DNA of 32,000 nt from Acholeplasma laidlawii PG-8A. GTDB lineage: Bacteria; Bacillota_I; Bacilli_A; Acholeplasmatales; Acholeplasmataceae. The notes below the pieces were generated by a model. It saw nothing but the letters and a program-made list of their open reading frames with translations, was not told the origin of the DNA and did not search any database. Both the position numbers and the translations under genes were made by a program. The stretch is taken from assembly GCF_000018785.1 (NCBI RefSeq), contig NC_010163.1, positions 1,380,001-1,412,000 of the forward strand. The letters run 5' to 3'. Positions within the stretch are counted from its first letter, which is position 1. Each line of letters starts with the position of its first letter. Shown one piece after another: positions 1 through 9,059 of the stretch.

Positions 1-646
1 ACTCACCATGTTTTGTAGGAAGCTTAGCCTCAGCTGCTTTTTTTACTAAACTTTCAGTCATTTGACGGTATCTAATAATAGATTCAACAGAAACGATTGG
101 TAGTGCATGTTTTGTAGCAAATGCTATAATCTCATCCATCTTCATTGGTTGTTTATCTTTATTTAATAATAGTGATAACACACCAACTGGTTTAAGATTA
201 GCTAGTTCAGACAAATCTACGATAGCTTCAGGATGTGCAACTCTTTTTAAAGTACCTCCTAATCTCGTAATTAAAGGAAATACAACACCATTTTTATGGT
301 ATTCCACTTTCTTCTTATTTAATACAGATTGGGTGGTTGCCAATATATTGGATGGATCGTCTTTATGAGTATCAGTTAGTGAAATAGTAGTATCTTTAAA
401 AGCGTGCATAGACCCAACTACTTCATAAACTGGATCAATGTTTAAACCTTCATAAAATTGTTTACTTGCAGCAACATAGATGTATTTATCACCATACTCT
501 TTTAAAAAATTGATGTTCTCTAAGTTTAATTTTTCTGCATTAAAAATTAAACTCCCCGTATTTTGTAAATCATGATCATCTACAACAATGACAGGCTTAC
601 TCATCTTGATTGCTTCAATGATGGATTGTACAGTATTAAACTCCAT
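1..646 (-). CDS. RibBA-like protein (3,4-dihydroxy-2-butanone-4-phosphate synthase domain running into a GTP cyclohydrolase II domain); C-terminus lies outside the window
   Basis: Not in the ORF track because it runs off the left edge. Reverse-strand translation from 646 gives MEFNTVQSIIEAIKMSKPVIVVDDHDLQNTGSLILNAE...AFKDTTISLTDTH...GVVFPLITRLGGTLKRVAHPEAIVDLSELANLKPVGVLSLLLN...FATKHALPIVSVESIIRYRQMTESLVKKAAEAKLPTKHGE. This matches the RibB fold pattern and the typical RibB-RibA linker ('LPT.(Y/H)GEF'), but the DDEDRENEGD motif is degenerate. Confidence 0.8.
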   Translation of the reverse strand, partial: MEFNTVQSIIEAIKMSKPVIVVDDHDLQNTGSLIFNAEKLNLENINFLKEYGDKYIYVAASKQFYEGLNIDPVYEVVGSMHAFKDTTISLTDTHKDDPSNILATTQSVLNKKKVEYHKNGVVFPLITRLGGTLKRVAHPEAIVDLSELANLKPVGVLSLLLNKDKQPMKMDEIIAFATKHALPIVSVESIIRYRQMTESLVKKAAEAKLPTKHGE

Positions 647-741
647 GTTAAATTCATCTCCCTTTATTAGAAGTCACTTTCTTATAGGATCTTCTTTTTT
701 TTGTTTTGTAACTTATTTTACAATGTAAGTTTCTATTTAAT

Positions 742-789
742 ATAAAATATACTTCTATGTTTAGAAGTTTAACATAAAGTATATTTTAT
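742..789. promoter_or_regulatory. Inverted repeat upstream of the ribBA-like gene
   Basis: ATAAAATATACTT (742-754) is a perfect 13-bp reverse complement of AAGTATATTTTAT (777-789). AT-rich and not followed by a clear T-tract. Confidence 0.4.
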
Positions 790-859
790 TGTAGGAAATA
801 TTACATAAATTAAGTAAAGCATAGGTAAAAAGCTTTACCACACCAACCAAACTTAAGAA

Positions 860-1285
860 CTACTTATAACTTTCTGCATACTTCTTGATATTATCTAGAA
901 TTGCTTGCCAACCTTTTTGTTGATGTTCAATTGGAAATTCATTTTCAGCATCTACAGTAAGCTTAACAGTAACAACACCTCTATGTTTAATAAATTCCAC
1001 TTCAATTTGTCTTTTATCGGTTAAATGATAATGAATTGATTGATGATATATGATCGAATCATATGTACCCATAAAATTAAATCCCATCGATTCATCCTTG
1101 GCTTCCATGCGGTAGTTAAATGCACCACCTTCTACAAAATTTGACTTTCCCTCTGTGACATGCCAATCATCACTTGCAAAACTCCATTTTACAACGTGTT
1201 TTGCATTATTATAAGTTTCCCAAACTACATCTATGTTTTGATGTATATCTGCTGTGATAACAAATTTTTTCATCATAGAAATCAT
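860..1285 (-). CDS. SRPBCC / AHSA1-like (activator of Hsp90 ATPase homolog) domain protein
   Basis: 141-aa ORF; VWETYNNAKHVVKWSFASDDWHVTEGKSNFVEGGAFNYRMEAKD and a C-terminal GWQAILDNIKKYAE pattern typical of AHSA1 proteins. Confidence 0.8.
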   Translation of the reverse strand: MISMMKKFVITADIHQNIDVVWETYNNAKHVVKWSFASDDWHVTEGKSNFVEGGAFNYRMEAKDESMGFNFMGTYDSIIYHQSIHYHLTDKRQIEVEFIKHRGVVTVKLTVDAENEFPIEHQQKGWQAILDNIKKYAESYK

Positions 1286-1390
1286 TCTCCTTATACTACA
1301 TTATATGCCTGTTTTTAGGACAATGTAATTTATATGCTTACGAGAAACTTATAATTTATACCATTTTTTTACTTTTATTACACTTTATAC

Positions 1391-1419
1391 TTTACTACGG
1401 TAGAGTAATAAAGTATAAT
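1391..1419 (+). promoter_or_regulatory. Predicted sigma-A type promoter for the ABC transporter operon, overlapped by an imperfect inverted repeat
   Basis: TTTACT (1391-1396), 17 bp, TATAAT (1414-1419). Outer arms TATACTTTA/TAAAGTATA and inner CTAC-G-GTAG form an imperfect inverted repeat over the promoter. Confidence 0.5.
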
Positions 1420-1453
1420 AGTTTTAAATTAAATTGGAAAATGAGGAAAACAC

Positions 1454-2242
1454 ATGAAAAAATTATTTTTACTACTAAGTATCATGCTTACTACAATCGT
1501 ACTTACAGCTTGTAACGCAAACAACCTAACAGATTATGAATATATCGAACAAAAGGGGAGTTTCACTTTAGGTTACACAGACTTCCCACCAATGGGCTAT
1601 TTAGATAATGGTACACCAAGTGGCTTTGATATAGAAATAGCCACATTAGTCTTTGAACGTTTAGGTATTGAACTTAAATTTAAGTATATTGATTGGGATG
1701 CAAAAGTTGTAGAACTTGATTCAAAGAGAATTGACGCAATTTGGAATGGTTTGACAATCACAGATGAAAGAAAACTAGAAATGACCTTTTCTAAACCATA
1801 TTTTGACAACAATCTAATTATCATATCTAAAGAAGGATCTAACATTGATACTATAAGTGATCTAAGTGATAAAAATATCGGTTTAGAATTAGGTTCATCT
1901 GCAGATTTAAGTGTTGGTAAAAATGAGAACATTTTAAGCATTAGTAAAGAAGTTAAAAAATATAGTACATCTTCTGATGCAATTCTGGCGCTTAATGCTG
2001 GTTTAGTAGATGCAGTGATTGTAGATGAAATCTATGCACGTTATGTTGTCTTAAAAGATACTACAAACGCCTATACAATCAGTTCAGAGATAATTGGTAC
2101 TGAACAGTACGGCATTGGCTTTAGATTAGGTGATGAAACACTTAAAACTAAAATAGATGAGGCACTTGATGCGTTATTTGAGGAAGGGTTAATAGAACCT
2201 ATTTCTATAAAGTATTTTGGTGTAAACTTATTTGTTAGATAA
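1454..2242 (+). CDS. Amino-acid ABC transporter substrate-binding lipoprotein
   Basis: Lipobox LTAC; FTLGYTDFPPMGYLDNGTPSGFDIEIATLVFERLGIELKF is typical of family 3 solute-binding proteins. Followed by permease and ATPase genes. Confidence 0.93.
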   Translation: MKKLFLLLSIMLTTIVLTACNANNLTDYEYIEQKGSFTLGYTDFPPMGYLDNGTPSGFDIEIATLVFERLGIELKFKYIDWDAKVVELDSKRIDAIWNGLTITDERKLEMTFSKPYFDNNLIIISKEGSNIDTISDLSDKNIGLELGSSADLSVGKNENILSISKEVKKYSTSSDAILALNAGLVDAVIVDEIYARYVVLKDTTNAYTISSEIIGTEQYGIGFRLGDETLKTKIDEALDALFEEGLIEPISIKYFGVNLFVR

Positions 2243-2244
2243 CC

Positions 2245-2901
2245 ATGGATTACTTTATAGATGTCTTAACCTATTTACTAGAAGGGTCTAAAATCACCCT
2301 TCTAGTATTTATCTTTACATTGTTATCTATCCCACTTGGTTTAATTTTTGCAGTCATACGTAAAATTAGTATTCAACCGATTGTGAAGTTAATCGATTTA
2401 TATACTTGGATTATTCGTGGTACACCACTACTTCTGCAATTATTTTTTGTGGTGTACGGTCTACCTATATTGTTTGGACCTGCATTCTTGTTTGATGAAC
2501 TTTATGGTGCAATATTTACCTTTATTATTAACTACACGGCTTACTTCATAGAAATATTTAGAGGTGGTATGAATGCAATCCATAAAGGGCAATATGATGC
2601 CTCAAAAGCAATCCACTTAAGTCCTTATCAAACCTATAGACACATCATACTTCCACAAACCTTACATAAAACACTACCAAGTATCGGTAATGAACTCATT
2701 ACACTTATAAAAGATACTGCACTTGTAAGTGCTGTGTCCATTTCTGATATCTTAAGAAACTCACGTGAACTGGTGAATAGAGATTTTAGAGTGGAGTCAT
2801 ACATGGTTGCAGCAGTCATTTACTTATTGTTTACTTATGTGATTGTCATGTTGTTTAAGAAGATTGAGACGAGACATAAGGCTTACTACGGAGAAAGATG
2901 A
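2245..2901 (+). CDS. Amino-acid ABC transporter permease (His/Glu/Gln type)
   Basis: 218 aa; IRGTPLLLQLFFVVYGLP and EIFRGGMNAIHKGQYDASKAIHLSPYQTYRHIILPQ (EAA-type loop). Confidence 0.95.
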   Translation: MDYFIDVLTYLLEGSKITLLVFIFTLLSIPLGLIFAVIRKISIQPIVKLIDLYTWIIRGTPLLLQLFFVVYGLPILFGPAFLFDELYGAIFTFIINYTAYFIEIFRGGMNAIHKGQYDASKAIHLSPYQTYRHIILPQTLHKTLPSIGNELITLIKDTALVSAVSISDILRNSRELVNRDFRVESYMVAAVIYLLFTYVIVMLFKKIETRHKAYYGER

Positions 2902-2902
2902 T

Positions 2903-3607
2903 ATGTTATTAGAAGTTAAAAAATTAAATAAATCCTTTAACCCAACAAAGGCTGTAAATGATGTCTCTTTTAGTTTATCTAAGGGTGAAATACTTAGTAT
3001 TATCGGTCCATCTGGTTCTGGTAAATCCACCTTATTAAAACTTATAGGCGGACTAGAAAGATTAGATAGTGGCGATATTTATATTAATAATATCCATATT
3101 GGTAGTGCCTCTAAAAAAGAAAAGAAAATAGCCCAAGAACATATTGGATTTATCTTCCAAGATTTCGCTCTTTTTGATCATTTATCTATAAAAGATAATA
3201 TAGGCTTAGCTTCTAAAGTTGTATATAAAAAGGATAAAACTTGGATAGATAGTGAAACAAATAGACTACTTTCATTATTTGGATTAAGTGATAAGCGCTT
3301 AAATTATCCACTTACCTTATCTGGTGGAGAAAAACAAAGGATTGCGATTGCACGCGCGCTTATTACAAAACCTTCTATACTTTTATTTGATGAACCTACA
3401 TCAGCGCTAGACCAAGCATCTATCGGTGATCTAGTAGCAATCATAAAAGATCTTAAAAAAGAAGACATTGGTATACTTATAGTTACTCATGACCTTAATT
3501 TCGCTAAACAAGTGTCTGATAGATTGCTTTTTATGCGAGATTCAAGTATCATTTTTAATAGGGACATGGTGGATGTAAAAGACATTCACACGGTCTTTGA
3601 CCTATAA
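2903..3607 (+). CDS. Amino-acid ABC transporter ATP-binding protein
   Basis: Walker A GPSGSGKST, signature LSGGEKQRIAIARAL, Walker B ILLFDEPTSALD. Start moved from the track's 2843 to ATG 2903 (MLLEVKKLNKSF), just after the permease stop. Confidence 0.95.
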   Translation: MLLEVKKLNKSFNPTKAVNDVSFSLSKGEILSIIGPSGSGKSTLLKLIGGLERLDSGDIYINNIHIGSASKKEKKIAQEHIGFIFQDFALFDHLSIKDNIGLASKVVYKKDKTWIDSETNRLLSLFGLSDKRLNYPLTLSGGEKQRIAIARALITKPSILLFDEPTSALDQASIGDLVAIIKDLKKEDIGILIVTHDLNFAKQVSDRLLFMRDSSIIFNRDMVDVKDIHTVFDL

Positions 3608-3629
3608 TCTATTTAAAAAGGAGTCTTGT

Positions 3630-3914
3630 ATGTCTAAATTAAAAAGTGATGTAAATGATCTATTATTTGAAAGTATTTTAAAACTTGAAACATTAGAGGA
3701 TGCTTATGATTTTTTTGAGGATCTATTAACCATGAAAGAAATCGAAGCTATGTCACAAAGAATATTAGCTGCAAAACGCCTTATAGAAGGAAAAACTTAC
3801 GATCAAATCACAGAGGAAACTAAAATTAGTTCTACCACTCTAAGTAGAGTTTCTACTTGTGTCAGATATGGCACGGGTGGTTATAAAAAAGTTTTAAGTA
3901 AAACCTCTAAGTAA
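3630..3914 (+). CDS. TrpR-like protein, YerC/YecD family
   Basis: From ATG 3630 with upstream AAAAGGAG: MSKLKSDVNDLLFESILKLETLEDAYDFFEDLLTMKEIEAMSQRILAAKRLIEGKTYDQITEETKISSTTLSRVSTCVRYGTGGYKKVL. Confidence 0.9.
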   Translation: MSKLKSDVNDLLFESILKLETLEDAYDFFEDLLTMKEIEAMSQRILAAKRLIEGKTYDQITEETKISSTTLSRVSTCVRYGTGGYKKVLSKTSK

Positions 3915-4019
3915 AGTTAAAATATTAGTCGCTTATCATAATTATGTTACAATAGGTTTTACATAAAACTAAACATTAAGGAGACCAGTAATATTTCATA
4001 TATTATTGGAGTACATTTT

Positions 4020-4856
4020 ATGCCAACAATTGAAAATAGACTAAAAGCTTATATCGAAACATTACCTGAAAGTAAATTAAAAGCGGCTATGGCCTATGCA
4101 TTACTCGGTGGTGGTAAACGCATAAGACCTATGTTAGGGATGACCTTACTTGAAAGTAAAGGTGTTGATCCAACACCTTACATAGAAGCATTTTTAGCTG
4201 TTGAAATGATTCACACTTATTCGCTTATTCATGACGATCTTCCTGCAATGGATGATGATACACTAAGACGTGGAAAACCAACTGTACATATTGCTTTTGA
4301 CGAAGCTATAGCCATCCTAGCTGGTGATGCACTTCTAACAGATAGTTTTAGACTTGTTACTCAAAACAAATATCTAAGCACTCTACAAAAAGTTGAGATC
4401 ATCGATATCATTTCTTCTAAAGCTGGTAGTACCGGTATGGTCTTTGGTCAAATCAAGGATATTGAATCCGAAGACAAAATGGTTACAATAGAAGATTTAA
4501 ATTTAATGTATGAGCTTAAAACAGCAAACCTCATTCAAGCCAGTCTTATGATTGCTGGCGTTATTCTTTCAGATCATGATATAAAAAGTTATGAGGATTT
4601 AGGTTACTATATTGGACTTATTTTCCAAATTCAAGATGACATATTAGAATATACATTATCACCTGAGGAATTTGGTAAATCTAAATCAGATGACATTAGA
4701 AATAAACCTACCTATGTGTCACTGCTTGGTTTAGATAAAGCCAATCAAGTACTAAATACATATGTTGATACATTAAATACATTAATCGAGTCTCTATATA
4801 TTAAAGATACTGTTATACATACACAAATTAAACTATTATTAAATAGAAGAAAATAA
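4020..4856 (+). CDS. ispA: Polyprenyl synthetase (farnesyl/geranylgeranyl diphosphate synthase type)
   Basis: GGGKRIRPMLGM, first Asp-rich motif LIHDDLPAMDDD, second region GLIFQIQDDILEY. Confidence 0.9.
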   Translation: MPTIENRLKAYIETLPESKLKAAMAYALLGGGKRIRPMLGMTLLESKGVDPTPYIEAFLAVEMIHTYSLIHDDLPAMDDDTLRRGKPTVHIAFDEAIAILAGDALLTDSFRLVTQNKYLSTLQKVEIIDIISSKAGSTGMVFGQIKDIESEDKMVTIEDLNLMYELKTANLIQASLMIAGVILSDHDIKSYEDLGYYIGLIFQIQDDILEYTLSPEEFGKSKSDDIRNKPTYVSLLGLDKANQVLNTYVDTLNTLIESLYIKDTVIHTQIKLLLNRRK

Positions 4857-4858
4857 TA

Positions 4859-4893
4859 AAAAGAACTATCAAATTTATTTTGATAGTTCTTTT
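4859..4893. terminator. Bidirectional intrinsic terminator between convergent genes
   Basis: AAAAGAACTATCAAA (4859-4873) and TTTGATAGTTCTTTT (4879-4893): perfect 15-bp stem with flanking A/T runs. Confidence 0.85.
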
Positions 4894-5821
4894 ACTTTTG
4901 TTTACTCTGATACATCATTTGATCTACTCTGTTGATTAGTTGATCTATAGTTTCCCCAGGTTTATACTGAGATACACCCATACTAAGGACTACATATCCA
5001 ACACTAGAGATTGGTGTTTTTTTAAATACATCTTGTATCCTACTAACAAGATTTAGGGCGTCTTTATATCGTGTATTTGGTAATACTAAGAAAAATTCAT
5101 CGCCACCATATCTAAACGTTATATCTGATTCTCTTTTTGATTTATTTATAAGCTGAATGGTTTCAATTAATACTTCATCCCCCACTAAGTGACCATAAGT
5201 ATCATTGATTTGTTTGAACTTGTCCACATCAAACATCAAGAGTGAAAAAGGTATATTTTTGTATGTATTCATATATATTTGATGTTCTAGTTCTTTAAAC
5301 AACATACGCCTGTTTAGTGCATCTGTCAAGGGATCACTTTGAGCATACTTAATAAGTTGTTCCTCTAATTTCTTAGACTCTGTAATATCAAAAACAATAC
5401 CCTCTAATTCAAGTGGTTTACCGTCTTTATCTCTTTTAGTAACAATGCCTCTATCATAGTACCAAAGATAATAGCCTTCACGGTGCATAATGCGGTACTC
5501 CACTTCATAGGCATCAGTTTTGCCGGTTAGATGTTGTCTCATATTATCCATCACACGATCATAATCATCTGGGTGCAATTTACTGGTGAAAAACTCAAAT
5601 CCGATTTGACCAATCTCTTCTGCTTCATAACCAATAGTACGTGCTTTAAGTGCATTAAAAAAAACTTTATTCTCAGCATAAAGCCATTTCCATTGACCTA
5701 AGTTACCAGCCCATTTAATATTTATACTTAGTTGATCTTCTTTTTGTTTGAGTGCTTTTTCTAAGGTCAAGATATAATCTATTAATTCTTGTTTCGTATA
5801 TGTTAGTAGTTTATTGTTCAT
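4892..5821 (-). CDS. PAS domain-containing GGDEF protein (putative diguanylate cyclase)
   Basis: PAS/PAC region (HPDDYDRVMDN...YRIMHREGYYLWYYDRGIVTKRDKDGKPLELEGIVFDITE) followed by DALTNALNRR-like DPLTDALNRR, FDVDKFKQINDTYGHLVGDEVL and RYGGDEFFLVLP. Confidence 0.93.
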   Translation of the reverse strand: MNNKLLTYTKQELIDYILTLEKALKQKEDQLSINIKWAGNLGQWKWLYAENKVFFNALKARTIGYEAEEIGQIGFEFFTSKLHPDDYDRVMDNMRQHLTGKTDAYEVEYRIMHREGYYLWYYDRGIVTKRDKDGKPLELEGIVFDITESKKLEEQLIKYAQSDPLTDALNRRMLFKELEHQIYMNTYKNIPFSLLMFDVDKFKQINDTYGHLVGDEVLIETIQLINKSKRESDITFRYGGDEFFLVLPNTRYKDALNLVSRIQDVFKKTPISSVGYVVLSMGVSQYKPGETIDQLINRVDQMMYQSKQK

Positions 5822-5928
5822 AGAAATCCTTTCTATAAAAACTAAGAGATGTTATCAAGAATTATAGTCTCTATATCCTTATTATATACCACTTCTAATA
5901 GTCATAATCACTTGATGATTTATAGAAG

Positions 5929-7281
5929 TCACTTAAAAATCTTTCTAATAAGTTTTTCCTTAAACTTAGTATATGGTGGGTATATAATCGGTAAATCAAA
6001 CCATGTAGCTTTTTTTACATAACCTTTCGTGTGGGAAAATAGTTTAAAGGAATAGAATCCATGGTAAGCGCCTATACCACTCATGCCAATACCACCAAAC
6101 GGTAAGTATGGATTACTTACATGCATAATTGTATCATTGATAGCACCACCACCAAAAGTTAGGTTTTCAAATACATATGTTTGATTCTTTTTATCGTTTG
6201 AAAATAAATAAAGTGCTAGTGGTTTATCTTTTGTTTTTAGTAGTGAAACCAAATCTTTTAAGTTGGCATATTTAAGTACTGGAAGTATAGGACCAAAAAT
6301 CTCTTCTTGCATCACTTTATCATCCCATGTTACATCTATTAATACTGTCGGACTAATGAGTTTAGTTTCGGCCTCTACTGTAGGTTTTTGAATCATTTTC
6401 GTTTCATCTATTAGTCCAATTAGACGCTTATAATGTCTTTCATTAATGATACGTCCAAAATAATTCATATCACTGTATCTTGTGTTAATTACTTGATTTA
6501 GGATATTAATAAATTCATCATGAATGGTGTCATGTACATAAATATAGTCTGGTGCAATACATGTTTGACCTGCATTTAAAAACTTACCAAATAAAATCCT
6601 TTCGGCTGCTATTTTTAGGTTTGCTGTTTCATCGACTATGGTTGGACTTTTACCACCTAATTCTAATGTCACAGGTGTTAAATGTTTACTTGCTTTTTCA
6701 TAGACAATTTGACCTACACGACTACTTCCAGTAAAGAAGATATGATCAAACTTTGAATCTAATAACTTACTAGTCACTGTATAGTCACCTTCTATGACAT
6801 ATAGATAATCTTTATCAAAGTGATTGTTAACTAGTTTAACTAATATTTTCTCTGTATACGTTGCAAATTCAGATGGTTTAATCATCACTGTATTACCTGC
6901 AGCAATCGCTCCAATGAGTGGTTCTATTATTAGCTGAAATGGATAGTTGTAAGGACCAATAATTAAAATAGTACCCAGCGCATCATATGTGATATAAGAT
7001 GAAGTTGCAGATAAGTAATATGGGGTTTTAACCTTCTTAGGTTTCATCCATTTCTTTAAACCTTTAATTGTATGTGTTAATGACTTTAAAACATAACCCA
7101 CTTCTGTTGAATACGCTTCAAATCTAGACTTATGTAAATCTTTAAATAGTGCTTCTAAAATCTCATCTTGATAATTTATGATTAATTGTTTAAGTTTTTG
7201 TAACTGTCTTATACGAAACTCATAAGATAGCGTCTTACCACTTAAAAATAATGTTTTTTGTGATTGAACTATAGTCTCCAT
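5929..7281 (-). CDS. Aldehyde dehydrogenase, class 3-like, full-length copy
   Basis: FTGSSRVGQIVYEKASKHLTPVTLELGGKSPTIVD, catalytic region NAGQTCIAPDYIYV, EEIFGPILPVL. 450 aa with a complete N-terminus. Confidence 0.95.
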   Translation of the reverse strand: METIVQSQKTLFLSGKTLSYEFRIRQLQKLKQLIINYQDEILEALFKDLHKSRFEAYSTEVGYVLKSLTHTIKGLKKWMKPKKVKTPYYLSATSSYITYDALGTILIIGPYNYPFQLIIEPLIGAIAAGNTVMIKPSEFATYTEKILVKLVNNHFDKDYLYVIEGDYTVTSKLLDSKFDHIFFTGSSRVGQIVYEKASKHLTPVTLELGGKSPTIVDETANLKIAAERILFGKFLNAGQTCIAPDYIYVHDTIHDEFINILNQVINTRYSDMNYFGRIINERHYKRLIGLIDETKMIQKPTVEAETKLISPTVLIDVTWDDKVMQEEIFGPILPVLKYANLKDLVSLLKTKDKPLALYLFSNDKKNQTYVFENLTFGGGAINDTIMHVSNPYLPFGGIGMSGIGAYHGFYSFKLFSHTKGYVKKATWFDLPIIYPPYTKFKEKLIRKIFK

Positions 7282-7384
7282 AATATTTACCTCTTATGTT
7301 CAGTATATCAAAAATGATGTGTTTATCTTAATCTAATAATTAGGCTAAATTATGGAGTAAAAGTAATTTTAGTTTCTAAGGTTA

Positions 7385-8377
7385 TTAAACAATTGTAAGT
7401 GCACGTAAAATAATATAGGTAATATATGTTGCATAGATTAAAACTAAGATCAGTCCTTCTTTTTTAGATACGATGTCTTTTGTAATCGCAAACACTACCG
7501 CAATGATTGTTACACCTAACATGATAAATGTATCGATTACAACATCACCATTAATACCAAGTGGTGTAAACAAACCCGATAAACCTAGAATGAATAAAAT
7601 GTTAAAGATATTGGATCCTACAAGGTTTCCAAATGCAATCTCATTTTCACCTTTTTTAGCAGCTACTACAGATGTAACCATCTCAGGTAGTGATGTACCT
7701 ACAGCAACTACTGATAAACCAACTAAGGTAATAGCTTTAGTTGTAGACATACCAAATAGTCCAACTAATACGGTTGTAGCTAAATTACTAGCACCTTCTG
7801 TCACCATGTAACCACCTAATGTAACACCTGCAAGACCAATAACAAGTAATAACACTGATTTTTTCATATTAAGAATTTCAAATTCAACATTTTCATCTTC
7901 ACTCTTACCAGTTTTTATCATGATATAGATGTAAACAATAAAAGTGATTAGCAATATAAGTGCTTCATACCAAACGATTCTTGTATCACTTTGGAAGAAT
8001 AGTGCAAGCACTAAAATTAGTATAGAAGAAAATAATAAATAAGGAAACTCTTTTCTGTACATGGTATTAGATACTTTAACAGGTCTTGCTAGTGCTGTTA
8101 ACCCTAAAATAAGTGAGATATTTACAATACTAGAACCAATGACATTACCCATTGCAATATCTGCAGTTGCGCCTGGTTCAACGGTTAACGATGCAATAAA
8201 GCTTACTGCAAGTTCAGGTAGTGATGTACCAAAAGCAACCAATGTTAAACCAATGACTAAAGGTGATACTTTAAACTTTCTTGCAATCGATGAAGATGAT
8301 GCAACAAAGAAATCTGCACCCTTAACTAAAAATATAAATCCTATGATGAGTAAACCGATGTTTATGACGTAATCCAT
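7385..8377 (-). CDS. Calcium/sodium antiporter (CaCA family, YrbG-like)
   Basis: Two CaCA repeats: VAFGTSLPELAVSF...DIAMGNVIGSSIVNISLILG and VAVGTSLPEMVTSVVAAKKGENEIAFGNLVGSNIFNILFILG. Confidence 0.93.
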   Translation of the reverse strand: MDYVINIGLLIIGFIFLVKGADFFVASSSSIARKFKVSPLVIGLTLVAFGTSLPELAVSFIASLTVEPGATADIAMGNVIGSSIVNISLILGLTALARPVKVSNTMYRKEFPYLLFSSILILVLALFFQSDTRIVWYEALILLITFIVYIYIMIKTGKSEDENVEFEILNMKKSVLLLVIGLAGVTLGGYMVTEGASNLATTVLVGLFGMSTTKAITLVGLSVVAVGTSLPEMVTSVVAAKKGENEIAFGNLVGSNIFNILFILGLSGLFTPLGINGDVVIDTFIMLGVTIIAVVFAITKDIVSKKEGLILVLIYATYITYIILRALTIV

Positions 8378-8810
8378 GAACTTTTCCCTTCATAAAAAGA
8401 CTTTACTAGACTTTTTATCTTCTTTTTTTGTATAAGTAACTACTTAAGTTATGAAAATCAAACTATAAGTTTTTATAAGATATTTTACATTCGGAAAGCA
8501 TTTTAACATGCCTAATTTATGAAATCAAGCGTAATGGTTTAAACAAGTATATAAAATATACTTTAATGTATTGTATGTAAAATTTCTTCTATTTGAATTG
8601 ACGCCTCTAAATTAGGCACAAGAGATAATCTAAAACAGATGCTGAATTTACGTTTTCTATATAACAAAATATTTTCACTAAATCTCAACTTATTTTGATT
8701 CCTTATCATACCACATGAAATCAATTACATAAGTTCGAGTTTCGAGGACTTTTTGAATATCTTATAAACCCTTTTAATTTTTTCCATCAAAGACAAAAAA
8801 ACCTACCACA

Positions 8811-8826
8811 AAATAAGCGCTTATTT
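8811..8826. promoter_or_regulatory. Perfect 16-bp palindrome in the long intergenic region upstream of purA
   Basis: AAATAAGCGCTTATTT equals its own reverse complement. Confidence 0.35.
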
Positions 8827-9059
8827 ATTAAGGCTGTATAAACCAAGAGATTAAAGATATACTGATGGCTCCGGATTATATATATATCATCAATGTTACT
8901 ATTATCATAAGCCTGAAAAAATAACTTGATTTATAATTCAAATACATACGTATATGAAGTTTATATGCATGTGTGTTTTTCTTACGTATAATTTACAGTT
9001 TTTGTTATATTTATATGATAAAATATAACGTATTTTAAAATTACCTATGGAGATAAGAC

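Noticed and set aside
1597-1941. Antisense ORF over the ABC substrate-binding gene; likewise 2634-2819, 2824-3030, 6552-6734, 7473-7811, 8061-8372, 15331-15549, 15712-16002, 19206-19502, 20965-21180, 21374-21565, 26568-26816, 27777-27965 and 30942-31133
   Set aside because: All are short, lie opposite well-supported genes and have low-complexity shadow composition. No recognisable motifs or ribosome-binding sites support them.
2843-2902. N-terminal extension of the ABC ATPase ORF (MSCCLRRLRRDIRLTTEKDD)
   Set aside because: It overlaps the end of the permease gene in another frame; the ATPase domain starts at ATG 2903 immediately after the permease stop.
3597-3629. N-terminal extension of the YerC-like ORF (MTYNLFKKESC)
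   Set aside because: An AAAAGGAG ribosome-binding site precedes ATG 3630, so the extension is not needed.
4859-4893. Long perfect hairpin between ispA and the GGDEF gene
   Set aside because: It fits an ordinary bidirectional terminator between convergent genes.
8700-9059. Purine riboswitch upstream of purA
   Set aside because: I could not find the conserved core segments of the purine aptamer. A covariance-model search would settle this.
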